Source of the DNA: Perna viridis
Taxonomy: Eukaryota
Length of the DNA stretch: 64,000 nucleotides
Reading direction: 5' to 3'
Assembly (NCBI GenBank): GCA_037379345.1
Contig: CM074512.1
Coordinates: forward strand, 4,712,001 to 4,776,000
Shown here: positions 32,251 to 44,390 of the stretch, piece by piece
Position numbering within the stretch: the first letter of the stretch is position 1
Layout: every line of letters begins with the position of its first letter
Notes under the pieces: model-generated
What the model saw: only the letters and a program-made list of their open reading frames with translations
Told to the model about the DNA's origin: nothing
Databases searched by the model: none
Translations under genes and position numbers: made by a program

Positions 32251-33487
32251 TTTATTAATCAGCATATTTAGTTTGGAGTAAAAGTTGTTTATTTGTACTG
32301 TTTATTGGCGTAAATAACATGGAATTAAACTTGATATAATGGAAATAACTGTAAAGGTGACCCAAATGTTTTCATTGAACCGATATGTCAATGGAATTAT
32401 TTTCCTGTGGCGGTGTAAGAGACAGTTGCGAATGCTAACAGGCTGGGCGACTGCTATATTATCTAAATTGATAATCAAAACGCGGATGGCGCTGAACCTT
32501 GAAAGTCGTAGGATATTTATGTTGTTTTTTTTAACTTTTAAAGTCGCTAATGGCAATTTGTTCTTTCTGTATTTCCAAAAAGAGTAATTATTTAGAACGG
32601 GATCGACGCTTTCACCACTGCTAAAACCACACATTCATACAATACGTGACGATTCAAAATTTGGGTAAAATTTCTTACTATTATTTTTTATTTCGTTTAG
32701 TTTCATTTCATAATGTGTATTAAAACCCCTAAATTCGTATTTCAATCTCATTTCTTTGATTAGAAGAGCCATAATTCTGACAAAATGTGTTTATTTCTGT
32801 CTAAACAGGTAAGGGTATGTAAGGTTAACAAGCTATTTTCAGGTTTAAACGTAGTCAAACACGTGGAATCTATATATAGATATCAAAGGCACTGATAAAA
32901 TATAGTTCAAACTTCTATACATGTATTTGAATTTTACTTTGACAATTAATTATGGAAAATATAATTTCAATCGTAAACTGTAAGAACGGCTGTTTTTATA
33001 CGAAATAATTAATATGATACATGTTAACATTCACCGGTCAGACCTCTTTCGTGGTGGAGGTACTTTTAAGACGGTTATCAAACGGATGTTATTTTGATTG
33101 CCAGCAGATGGTTATAAGAATAAAAAATAACATGACTACCGAGTGAAAATGAATAATACACAATGTGGCAAATCTTAACCGTGTAGTATTTACATGTATA
33201 TTTTTGAATAGTGATCCCGTTTCAAATAAGTCAACGACTCCAAAATTAATTAGTCATGGTTCGATGTTTATGGTTCTCTAACCTTTAAAAAATATTTAGA
33301 CTTGTGATTTTAGGTCTTGTTTTCACATTTGCTTAAATTAAGTATTAAAAACCAAATCTCGTTTTTATTCAAGAAAAGAATGGAGTCTTTTGGTTGTTCG
33401 ATTTGTTGAAACTTACTTTGCATGGTTTTCGAATTTTGTCTCAGTGGTAGGGATCGACAGTTTATACTTTTCTCCTCAACACTATTT

Positions 33488-33523
33488 GTCCCTGACGAAG
33501 GCCGTAAGGCCGAAAATTTGGGC
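33488..33523 (+). ncRNA. Candidate minimal type I hammerhead ribozyme motif
   Basis: GTCC-CTGACGA-A-GGCC-GTAA-GGCC-GAAA-ATTT-GGGC: both core boxes present, 4-bp stem II capped by a GNRA loop, short stem I, palindromic stem III remnant. Confidence 0.5.
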
Positions 33524-34195
33524 TCATCTTCTTTAGTTTTTCACGTTTTATTTATAATTTATTTGTATGTAGTTCCTTTCTACCTTTTAAACGTGGCTAT
33601 TCTTCTCTTAATCATTATTCTTAAATTTAAAAAGTCAACAAAAAATTGGTTTTTTTTAGTTGTTTTCAGTTTCAGCATAGTTTATTTTTTTATTACAAAT
33701 ATAAAATCATATCAGTATCTGTTGTATATAGTAGAAACGTGTCCAGAATTTATCAGATAATTACAAAATTTGAAAATTATTTCAGAATTTTCACTGTTGA
33801 TGGTCTAAACGAGTTTATTGAAGGGGGACAATTTAGGAAATTTTTATTAGAATTAAGGATGAAGTTATACATGTTGGATCTCTTATTAATTGTAATACGA
33901 ACAGATATCGAAGAAATGGATCTTGTCTTCAATATAATTAAGGCTACATTTGTCACAAGTTCTACTCACTAACGGATTGGAAGGCTAAGTATACCTTTCT
34001 GTTTTTAACTAATCCGAAAGTTATTTGACTTCTAATTTTAACACCCTTTACAGCATTAATTTATTTTTCAAAACAGAAAATATCTGTTAGTTTGAGATAT
34101 ACTCTCAGGTTTTGTCAACCACCAATAAGTTTAAGTCTGGCTTAATACCAAATATCAAGAAGGTACAAAATTAGTTAATATGTCAAATGCATACG

Positions 34196-34678
34196 CATAT
34201 AGGGTATACCATATAGGTCTAGAGGTGTGATATAGGGTATACGATATAAGTCTAGGGGTGTGATATAGGGTATATGATATAGGTCTAGGGGTGTGATATA
34301 GGGTATGCGATATAGGTCTAGAGGTGCGATATAGGTCTAGAGGTGTGATATAGGGTATGCGATATAGGTCTAGAGGTGTGATATATGGTATACAATATAG
34401 GTCTAGATGTGTGATATAGGGTATATGATAGGTCTAGAGGTGTGATATAGGGTATGCGATATAGGTCTAGAGGTGTGATATATGGTATATGATATAGGTC
34501 TAGAGGTGTGATATATGGTATGCGATATAGGTCTAGGGTGTGATATAGGGTATGCGATATAGGGTGTGCGATATAGGTCTAGAGGTGTGATATAGGGTAT
34601 GCGATATAGGTCTAGAGGTGTGATATAGGGTAGATGATATAGGTCTAGAGGTGTGATATAGGGTAGATCATATAGGGT
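34196..34678. repeat. Minisatellite, ~33-bp unit, ~14 copies
   Basis: Unit GATATAGGTCTAGAGGTGTGATATAGGGTATGC, built from two GATATAGG subunits. Confidence 0.93.
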
Positions 34679-35344
34679 TTAAACAAACACTTATAATGCA
34701 CATACAAAAAAGTTATATTTTGATCTAAATATTTGATGTATATATGTATCAAATAGCATGTAATACAGACAGTAATATTCATTATATATCAGGGCCCTGA
34801 TAATGTATATGACATATATAGTCAACTGTAACGAGCCCCTGTGTCTGAATCGGAAACTGGGTAATGTTCAATGCTAACCGACCATTTCATCTTTTAGTGT
34901 AAACTTCCCGTTCTCGTACAAGCAAAAAACTCGCATAGAACACGTGTGTATGATATTTAAGAGGTACACTTTGAAGCTAGAACTATGAAGTATGACGATA
35001 AACACGGTATCGATCAGCGGCTTAATGTGGAGTAGTAATATGCAAGTCATATGCGAATGTAAAGTACTGAAATTAAGAGTGCAAGAAGTCGCTAACAATA
35101 TTAGCGACTTAAAAAGAGTGCAGTGGATTGAAATGAAATGGTACGGTAATGGTTGATTATATGATATAAAATAATAGAGTTTCTCGGAGCGCAGCATGTT
35201 GAACTTTGTTTACTTTGGTGCAAGTTTGGACACCATATTAGCTTTTCCTGTGTGTATTTTTTTTTTTTTTTTTTTTATTTAGTGTGTTTAAGGGAAAGGT
35301 CCTCTGCATTTCTAGAAAATTCTGCCGAGTTGCCCATATTTAAG

Positions 35345-36030
35345 TAAAGTTCAGGGTAGACGAAAGAGGAAAGGTTAAACTGAAGCGTTGAGCAAATAAG
35401 TTTTCATGGTGCGGATGGATACACTGTAAGACCCTAGAGTTCATGATGACGACCATAAAACTTCTGTAGTGATGACTTCAAATTTGTAACATCACAACCC
35501 TATTCCAAAAGCCTAATTGTAAGAAGTCTAACGCGATACAATGAGTCTGCGTAGTTACAGCAAGCCCTGGCATAACGTATGAGTTGTGATATTAAAACTC
35601 CATACGCAGGTGCTTAAGGGATGTTGTCACAGATGAAAGGAAAGTTTACAATACGGAATGAAAAGTCATTGCGTTTGTTGTATAGTTTGGACCCTAGTTA
35701 TCCTTTACCATCGATCTCTAAGTGTAGGTCAAGATATGAGGCTGACTTCGTAGATTATGTAATATCCTTTGTTTCAAGTTCTTTGGAGTAGTTGCGATGT
35801 ATAAAATCCCCGAAAGAAGAATTATTTAAAGACAATACGTTATCTTTATAGCAGAAACCGAGATCAAAGGATCTAGCTTAACGATGTTCCTTGTTTTGGA
35901 TCAGATTAGCTATAAAAAGCTCAGAAGAGTGAAAGAATATGTCAGCGAGTAGCGGAGCTCAATTTGTTCCCATTCAAATGCCAGCCGTCTGTTGAAAAAC
36001 GCGTCCACCACACCGGACAAATATGTTAAT
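35345..36030 (-). mobile_element. Naiad-type PLE fragment (RT C-half), old
   Basis: Reverse complement aligns to 25215-25895 (AACATATTTGTCCGGTGTGGTGGACGCGTTTTTCAACAG; GAAGTCAGCCTCATATCTTGACCTACAC). Confidence 0.8.
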
Positions 36031-36589
36031 GTACCATCAACGCAGATTGGATGATGCGCATTTTCAAAATGTACCAACAATGCAGAGTATCAAAATGTAC
36101 CATCTTAGCAGATTGGATAATGTGCATTAAAATGAACCTTCAATGCAGATTGAATAATGTTCATTATTTTGTTTCGAGTTATTCGCATTAAAATCTTAAG
36201 TTTACTTATATGGAATTCGCTTTGCATGCGCATTTTATGAACGCGTGATCGAGGCATAGAATTATGCATGGTATTCTGACCGAGCGAAGAGTATGCATGC
36301 ATCACCGAATTTTAAAACTCAGTAGAAAATTTAAATTAATTTTTAACATCGGCATCAACCATCGTATTACCGGGTTTTGGGCCATAGACTTATTTGAGAT
36401 ACTAAGCATTCAAATCTGAAGTACCGTGGAATTAAATTATTAGTGTCTTTTTTATATTTCCATAATTCTGAAAAAAAACGGATCAACGCGGTTTTACCCC
36501 TTTCTACCGTTCATAGAGAAAAATGGCTTATTAACTGGTCATCTACACCATTACACCAGAAGAACCAAAAATCTTAGCAAAAAACCAAC

Positions 36590-37350
36590 ACAGCCGGAAC
36601 CCAACATGGTCGTGATATTTGCAGATATTCTACCAAGTCAGAACCGATAATAGTTGAAATCCATAACTTCAGAACCCAATACAGTCGTGGTATTTGCAGA
36701 TATTCTACGCTGTCAGAACCGATAATAGTTGAAATCCATAACTTCAGAACCAAATATAGTCGTGGTATAGACAGAAAGTTCACACCGTCAATACCCACCA
36801 TAGTCGTGATGTAAGCAGAAAATCAACATCGTTCTAACCAAAATTAGTTGTTTTGTTAGCAGAACCCAACATAGTCATGAGGTAAGCAGGGAATTCATAC
36901 CGTCAAAACCCAACATAACCGTGATTTCAGCATATAGGGAGCCCAAACATATAGTCGTGAATAAAGCAGTGAAACCTTACTGTTTAAATCCATTATAGCT
37001 GTGGTGTCAGTAGGAACTCATACCGTCAGAAACCAGGATAGCTGTGGTGTCAGTAGGAACTCATACTGTCAGAAACCAGGATAGCTGTGGTGTCAGTATG
37101 GAACTGATACCGTTAGAAACCAGGATAGCTGTGGTGTCAGTATGGAATTCATACTGTCAGAACCGAAGATATGTGTGGTGTCAGTAGGGAACTCGTACCG
37201 TCAGAACCCAAGATAGCTGCGGTGTCAGTAGGGAACTCATACTGTCAAAACTAAAGATAGGTGTAGTGTCAGTAGGGATGTCATACCGTCAGAACTCAAG
37301 ATAGTTGTGGTGTCAGTTGGGAACAGATATCATCAGAACCCGACGTAGTC
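36590..37350. repeat. Degenerate minisatellite, ~44-bp unit
   Basis: Unit CAGAA(A)CCAGGATAGCTGTGGTGTCAGTAGGAACTCATACYGT; more diverged at the 5' end. Confidence 0.85.
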
Positions 37351-37914
37351 ATGACAGTAACAACCGTTATATTTCAATGGCTAGATCATGCATCAGCACA
37401 AAGTTCAAGATAAATAAATATAATCTGAACCTGAATGACGCAAAGAATGACGGTAGAAAGGGTTCGAATCCCGCTGAGTGAGCGACCAAATTTGCAACCT
37501 CGCATCGATTCCAGAGTTTTGGTGTACCTTAGACTTGATTATATATGTATATGCATCCTTGTATCAATATTTTGTGTTGTTCTAAGCTGTGCATACTATA
37601 TGTCTATATATTAATGCACTAGCAAGTAAGATGGTAGAGTCCCCACACTAGACATATATGTATATTACTTGGTGTGGCTGTATCTGTATTTCGATGTAGA
37701 TACCATCAGAGGTTGTCATATCGTAAACACTATCCAGTTATACATCCACGCTTTAGATTTATATACGAGAAAGTATCATTCGGTTAATGAAAGCTACATT
37801 GATGTCAGAGCAAAGAAAGGGTCTGAATCCTACCGAGGAAACGACCAAATTTGCAGCCTCGCATCAATTCTAGAGTTGGGTGTACCTTAGACTTGATTAT
37901 ATAAGTATATGAAT

Positions 37915-38170
37915 CCCGATTCATGGTAAAGGCAACTTATATATACGACAAACGCAATGACTTGCAGTAAGTATGCAGACTCCTTATACCGCGCTAGACT
38001 TCATACAATTAGGCTTCTGAAACTAGGTTATTTTGCTACAAGATTGAAGTCATCACTACAAATATTTTATGTTCATTGCTGTGTGTGTGTCTGTTTTGCA
38101 TGTCTGGTATTTGTCCCTGGATTACATTCCTTTGATTTCCGATAGAATCTTGGTTCCCTTGATTACTCTT
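37915..38170 (+). mobile_element. Internally deleted Naiad-type PLE 3' fragment
   Basis: TACGACAAACG, GCTACAAGATTGAAGTCATCACTACA, TGTCCCTGGATTACATT and GGTTCCCTTGATTACTCTT are all shared with 25180-26140. Confidence 0.75.
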
Positions 38171-38309
38171 CATTACTCTTGCATCAATATTCTATAATGA
38201 TCCTAGGTGTGCACGATGTATGTCTACAATGCATATTGTAATGCACAAGCAAGTAAGATGGTAGAGTTCCCACATCCCATTAGATTTCTTATGTGTATGT
38301 ATGAAAAAT

Positions 38310-38450
38310 TCCCAACGATGTTAAAACTGTCAAATTTGGAAGCAAATTTTTAAGTGTTCCCTACGCGGGATATAAACTCGTACTGCTGTGACATCTGTCA
38401 ACACCGCCTGTTCTAAGTCCATCGCCCTAAACCACTTGGCCAGCTAGGCT
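38310..38450 (-). mobile_element. tRNA-derived SINE-like copy
   Basis: Reverse complement AGCCTAGCTGGCCAAGTGGTTTAGGGCG..CAGGCGGTGTTGACAGATGTCACAGCAGTACGAGTT. Confidence 0.6.
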
Positions 38451-38776
38451 ATATAAGATATAGCTTTTGTTCCCCATAGGATATAAACGATGTACGGTAG
38501 TACAGGACAGATCATTCAGATGACAGATGATCAAATTAACGACACATGTCACAACAATCAATAAATATACTTACATCTCAGAATGTGACGATCGACTCTA
38601 TTCTCTACTTTGCTACATCGAATCATAATTGATATAGGGAAAATAACGTAAGGGTAAAAAGGTGTGAAAAAAAAGTAACAACATCTAGATAAGCTGCCCT
38701 GTACTATCATACATTGTGTACTTAGTATTTCTTACGAGGAAGAATGACCCGGCCAGGGAATGTTATATTTTATTTG

Positions 38777-38870
38777 GCCTAGCTGGCCGAGTGGTCTATT
38801 GCACTGGTCTTCGTGCAGGCGGTGTGTGCCATAGATGTCAAAGCGGTACGAGTTCGAGTTTGACAGTTTA
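38777..38870 (+). mobile_element. tRNA-derived SINE-like copy (internally deleted)
   Basis: GGCCTAGCTGGCCGAGTGGTCT..CAGGCGGTG..GTACGAGTTCGAG-TTTGACAGTTT. Confidence 0.6.
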
Positions 38871-40549
38871 AATATATAAAAAGTTTTTTTTTAACTTGGT
38901 CACGTTTTATGGTACACAAAGTCAACGTGGTATTCTCGTTTTGTTTTGGTCAACAGGAAAATGTTATACATAAAATACGTCCGGACATATCAGATAAAAC
39001 ACCGTAATAGTGCTCAATGTTAACCCATGCAGGTAAAATATGCGATTACATTTGTAGCTTAAAGAAAAAAAGTCCAAATTAACCTATAGCTGACCAGGTA
39101 AACAAATGGACAAACATAAAGTCATAGTAAGGTTAGGTTATATAGGTACTTTCTCTTTGTCAGGTTAAATCACTAGTTACATCAAACAACTGATGTAAGC
39201 ATGTATGTAGTAGATGTTCTTTATTGTTGTTAGATGACCACTGAGACCCGAAGGCCTTCCTGTATATTTAGCTTTATACTGGACTTGTTTATTTTGTGAA
39301 AGATGTAGTTTTGTTTAAACATACATATTTTTCATATTTTTATTACAGAAATGACTTTACAAGATAAATGGACATCGAGTTGTATGGTTTCGGGGAGGGG
39401 GGGTACATTATTACTCCAAAGATTTCCTGGAAAAAAGAACTTCGCAAAGCACGGAAAGCTCAATACTCGCCAAATATGTTGATTTAACAGTTGAATAGAC
39501 TAATTCGTAAGAAATATAGTTATGATATTGTTGTCAAATCGTTAAAGATAGCAATTGATTCGCCCATAATAGGGTCTTTACATAAAAAGCTAACACATTC
39601 TATTTAAAAGCAGTTTTCGACACATGGGTTGTGTCCTTATTGAACGACTTGTGGTGTATCGGAGTTTTCAACCCTGCGTGGAAAGAATTTGGATTGACAT
39701 TATACATTCGACGAGGACGTAACTTTTTGTATGTTTAAACTGGCCTGGAGCTGGTATGTCAGTTAACTGCTAGTAGTCCTTACTTTGTGCGCGTTTATGT
39801 AACGTATTATCAGTTTATTTCTGTTTTAACGAGGGACGGTTCGGGTCTTTTTGAACTGATATTTAAGTGTGTTTTAGGTGGGGTTTATAGGGATAGCTAT
39901 TTTGCTGTACCTGTGTATAATGTTGTTTTGGGACCACCTGCCCAATGGTGTGAGGGTTTCCTTGTCTTCATTGAAGAACCATGGTTGGCCTTGAACTAAC
40001 ATTATTGATCGGGGTGGGGGGAGGTGTTGTCTCTTTGACATATTCACCATATCCATTATCCAAGTTATTAGCACCTACAGTGTACCTGCAAGCTTTTTTT
40101 ACACTGAACAAGATTGCTACTTTATTTTTGTTGTGGGTAAACATTCCATATTAATTTATAAATGCATGTAAAAATGTAATATGAAAAAAGTCACAGGGCA
40201 GGAGCACTACGCAATACAAAGCCGCGTTACTAATTTGCATAAAAGGTTGGGGTTTAGCACTGAGTAAAGGCGAATATACAATCTGCGCACTAACACTTCA
40301 TTTTGATCATGCTTATTGTGAAAACTTTCGGTGATTGCCGAATATTACCGGATCAATCACAAAAATTCTATGATTAGCGTGCGAGTGTAGAATTCTCCTA
40401 AAAATTGCCCCCCCCCCCCCATCCTTTTTTCTTTTATTGAAAACGAAAGTCTTAATTTGCGTTTTTTTTAATTTAAAATACGTGGATTTGATTTTGCTAT
40501 TCTGAATGTGCAATGATAGAAGATACGTATCAGTCTATATACTATGGCG

Positions 40550-41460
40550 TATGTTTTTTCAACAAAGGGTCGGCATTCCAATGGGAACAAATTGTGCTCC
40601 TTTACTTGCTGACCTATTCCTTCACTCTTAAGAGGCTGACTTTATAGCTGATCTGATCAGAAAGAAAGAATATCGTTTGGCTAGATCCTTTAATCTCAGT
40701 TTCCGCTATATAGATGACGTATTATCTTTAAACAATCCTAATTTCGGGGCCTTGATACATCGCATCTACCCAAAAGAACTTCAGATAAAGGATACTACAG
40801 ACACTGTGAAGTCAGCCTCATATCTTGACCTACTTAGAAATCGATGGTAAAGGAAAACTATTGACCAAACTTTACGACAAACGTGATGACTTTTCATTCA
40901 GAATTGTCAATTTTCCTTTCATCTGTGGCAACATCCCTTCGGCTCCTGCGTATGGAGTGTTCATATCACAACTCATACGTTATGCCAGAGCTTGCCGAAA
41001 CTACGCAGACTTTTTGTATTGTGCTAGAACTCTAACAAATAGGCTTCTGGAATGGGGTTGTGTTGCTACAAGATTGAAGTCATCACTACAAAAGTTTCAT
41101 GGTCGTCATCATGAACTCGTGGATCGTTATGGTGTATCCATCAGCACCATGAAAACTGATTTATTCAACGGGTCATAGTTTTCCTTTCCTCGTTTGTCTA
41201 CCCCGGACTTTACTTTTTATGAGCAATTCGGCGGGTTTTTCTAGAACAGCAGAGGACGCTTACCCTACCGGTGCACCTGGTCCATGCTCCTATTTTTTAA
41301 TGGAATTTGAGTTGCTCATTTACTTTTGTTACTTTGTATGTGTGATTTTAGTTACTTTATATTCTTTGTTGTGTATGTCTGTTTTCCATGTCTGGTCTTT
41401 GTCCCTGGATTACATTTTTTTGATTACCGCTATAACCTTGGTTCCCTTGATTATTCTTTT
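40550..41460 (+). mobile_element. Naiad-type PLE 3' part, close relative of 25180-26140
   Basis: Near-collinear nucleotide identity to the intronic copy; GIPMGTNCAP, FRYIDDV, YDKRDDF; the RT frame ends at 41178. Confidence 0.9.
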
Positions 41461-42880
41461 GAAATATAAAAATAGATGAAGTGTATCGAATATACATCAG
41501 GGATCCAGGATTTCAGGTGTTAATAGAGCACGAGGTAAGAAAATTTTGTCGGTTAGAGTTTGTAAAAAGTCAAGATTTCGGACTTTTATCACAATGTACA
41601 CGTACATATCATCTTTTAATTCTAAGAATAGACTGTTAAGTATAAAAATATTCAATATCTTATTGGTTTTGATTGAATGATAATAAAAAATACTTTCAAC
41701 CTAAGAACTATGATAATTTCGTCTATTGTCTCCCTTGAGGGTCATTTTGCTATAAGAAAAAAAACTCTGTCACTAATAATAAACTTCAAAACTTCAAAAC
41801 ATCTTTTTAAACTTTAAAAGAAAAATAATCACTTTGCAATAATTAAGTATACTACGTGAAATTTGCCGGATTTTTGAATTCTTTGGAAGATTTAAATTGT
41901 TTATGCACTTACAGTTTAAAATGATTGTAGTAAAGTAGTATTCATTTCTACATCACCTTTACTGAATGCGCTTTTAATCTTCATTATTCAAAGTACAATT
42001 TGTTGCATGAAGTTATGTAGAAGTAAATTCTGGCGGATTTCAAAATAGTTAGGCACATATGTTTAAGGGTTACAAATATTTTCTCTGTAAACTGTCCACA
42101 CGGGTTTGATACATTAGAAATGGTAAATAGTATCACTGTTGTAAACAGTTCTAATTGTTATTTGAATAGACAAAAAAATGTTTAATGAATAAAATTTATG
42201 AAACAAAAAGTTGCATGTACTTGTTACATATAAGGCAGATCTTTGATTCCAATAATACAAGACGAATAAAATTGCATGGTAACTATTTTTAAAATACGTT
42301 GGAAAATACAAAAATATAAATTTTTCAAGATTCTTTCCAGCGCTGAAATTTCGTATTTCAAATAGGGCAGTTTTCTTTTAGTTGTATTGATAGCGAGGAA
42401 GATATTTTGACAAAAGATACAAATTTGTTGTCAAAATAACTCCTTGTAGTATCCAGTTGACAACTTGAGCATGACAAATTAAGTATAATGTGTAGCCTTT
42501 TTCTATTCCCTTTCCTAATACAAACCTGTATAATTTTTCTCACAGTAAAAATAAAGAATTGATTCATGTTGACATTTACTTTTATTCAAATTCTTTTTAT
42601 TCAGAGAGCTTCATTAGGATTTGATCCCATGGGTCTCTACTAGGGCTAAGCCTTCACATACTGGGACCTATAATGCAACCAAATATACCTCGTCCCATTT
42701 TGTATAAAAAAAGAGTAAGATATAGTACAAAACACATCGGAAATAAAATAATGAACCAAATTCAAAGTTCTTTTATTCCATTGGTCCATATTGGTACAGG
42801 GATGATATTTTATGCATACGATCACTTCCCAGAATATTAGGAATTTCCATATATTCCTCTGTCGTTTAGAAAATTTTGAT

Positions 42881-43917
42881 AAAAACTTCGCCAGGCGCAG
42901 CATGATACGACCGCAGTGGTCGAACCCTTAATAGTTGGGACACAATACTAGTTTCTGAAACACGTTAGCATAAGGACTTACAATTTATATGGACTCAACA
43001 CTTAGTTAGGACACTCTATTGCACACAATTTTAAAATTAATTTAAAAAAAATTAAAGCAGATAAAATATAAAAGGTCGATTTTTGGGATCTGGCCCCTTT
43101 GATCCATAATACGGGGAGTATTGTTTATGAGGCATCCAATAAAATCTTATTTTTAGATCGGACCAAAATTCAAAAAAGTTTTCAAAAAATTTTACCCCTT
43201 ATAACTCGAAAACCGTGATATATGTCGAAAATCTGCTAGAAAAATTGAGGCAGGGATTTTTGTAAAAATGTATTAGGGATCAAATAATAAATTTTGAAAT
43301 TGGACCAAAAATTAGAATAAGTATTTTTTTTTCGGGTGTGGCCCCTTTACTCCCTTATGACAAAAAGTAAAAGAAGACTATTTTTCGGATGTGTCCTCTT
43401 TGGCTCCTATAAACTTGAAAACCCTTGAAGAGATATCTGAAATTTGATTAATAAATGCAGGCAGGCATTTTATGAGGAATCCAAATAGATAAAAATTTTA
43501 AAATCGGATAAAAAATTTAAAAAAAAAGTTGATTTCATGGACGCTGCCACACTTTGACCCCTATAACATGAAAATGGTCCAAAACACATAAAATCTGCTG
43601 AAACATTTGTTTACCAGAATGAAATAACACAACAAAAAGAATAATTAAAATCAGAAAGAAACGAACATTCTACATGGGTTTTAATAAAAAAAAAAAAAAA
43701 AAAACAATTTTTACCCTTTTTGGCTCCTTTATCTTAATAGAAAGGTGCCACAAAGTCCAAATTAATTAGGAACATTTCATTAGTGGTTAGTGGAATCATA
43801 TTGAAATTTCAGAACAATTGGTCAACCACAACTAAAAAAGTATCAGACGGAAACGAAGTGTCCCGAGACGACGTCGACGACGACTGCACCAACAAATTAT
43901 TTGCGGTCGTATAAAAA
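42881..43917 (-). mobile_element. Complete non-autonomous Helentron-like element (second family)
   Basis: On the minus strand: 5' TTTTTATACGACCGCAAA, (GTC)n tract, internal tandem repeats, 3' subTIR TGCGGTCGTAT plus a GC-rich terminal segment; related 3' ends at 7545-7607 and ~46897-46950. Confidence 0.7.
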
Positions 43918-44029
43918 GGCCCCCCTTACTTAGTGCATTCTTGGACTGAAATGGGATTTTAGGCTTATTCAAAGACTTATCAATTACCAAAATATTGTGA
44001 ATTGACATAATTTCCTCTGTCGTAGAGAA

Positions 44030-44390
44030 CAATGAGTGGTGAGGGGGATCCCTTTTTTAAAATTTTATCAACTATAAAGGAAGATATGGAAATTCCCAAT
44101 ATTTTGGGAATTAATTGTCCTCAAGTAGGCATAAAATTTCATCCCAGTCGCAAGATGGACTAACGGACCTTGGTCCTAGCCATCGACTTCAAAGTTGGTA
44201 CATAAGTGGTAAAGAGCCCCCCTTTTTTTAAATTTTCTTGACGACAGAGGAAGATATGGAAATTTCTAGTATTTTGGGAAGTAATATTTTGGGAATTGAT
44301 AGTCTTTAAGTATCTCTAAAATCTCTACCCAGTTCCAAGATGGACTAATGGATCTCGGTCCCAGCTACCGACTTCGAAGTTGGTAAAGAA
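44030..44390. repeat. Tandem duplication of a ~175-bp unit
   Basis: AGGAAGATATGGAAATT..ATTTTGGGAA..CAAGATGGACTAA..GACTTC.AAGTTGGTA occurs twice. Confidence 0.8.

Noticed and set aside
32302-33972. Short ORFs around 32.3-34.0 kb, and similar 60-120 aa ORFs elsewhere
   Set aside because: Low-complexity F/I/L/K-rich translations expected from AT-rich DNA; no domains and no consistent exon chain.
39640-40075. Possible 3' region of another PLE-like repeat family
   Set aside because: Resembles bivalve repeats only from memory; no second copy or coding remnant in the window supports a call.
23400-41460. Selenoprotein-coding Naiad (in-frame UGA plus SECIS)
   Set aside because: The conserved Cys positions I could read (TNCAP, FICGN, ARAC, CSC, FVCK) use TGT/TGC, and I could not identify a convincing SECIS.
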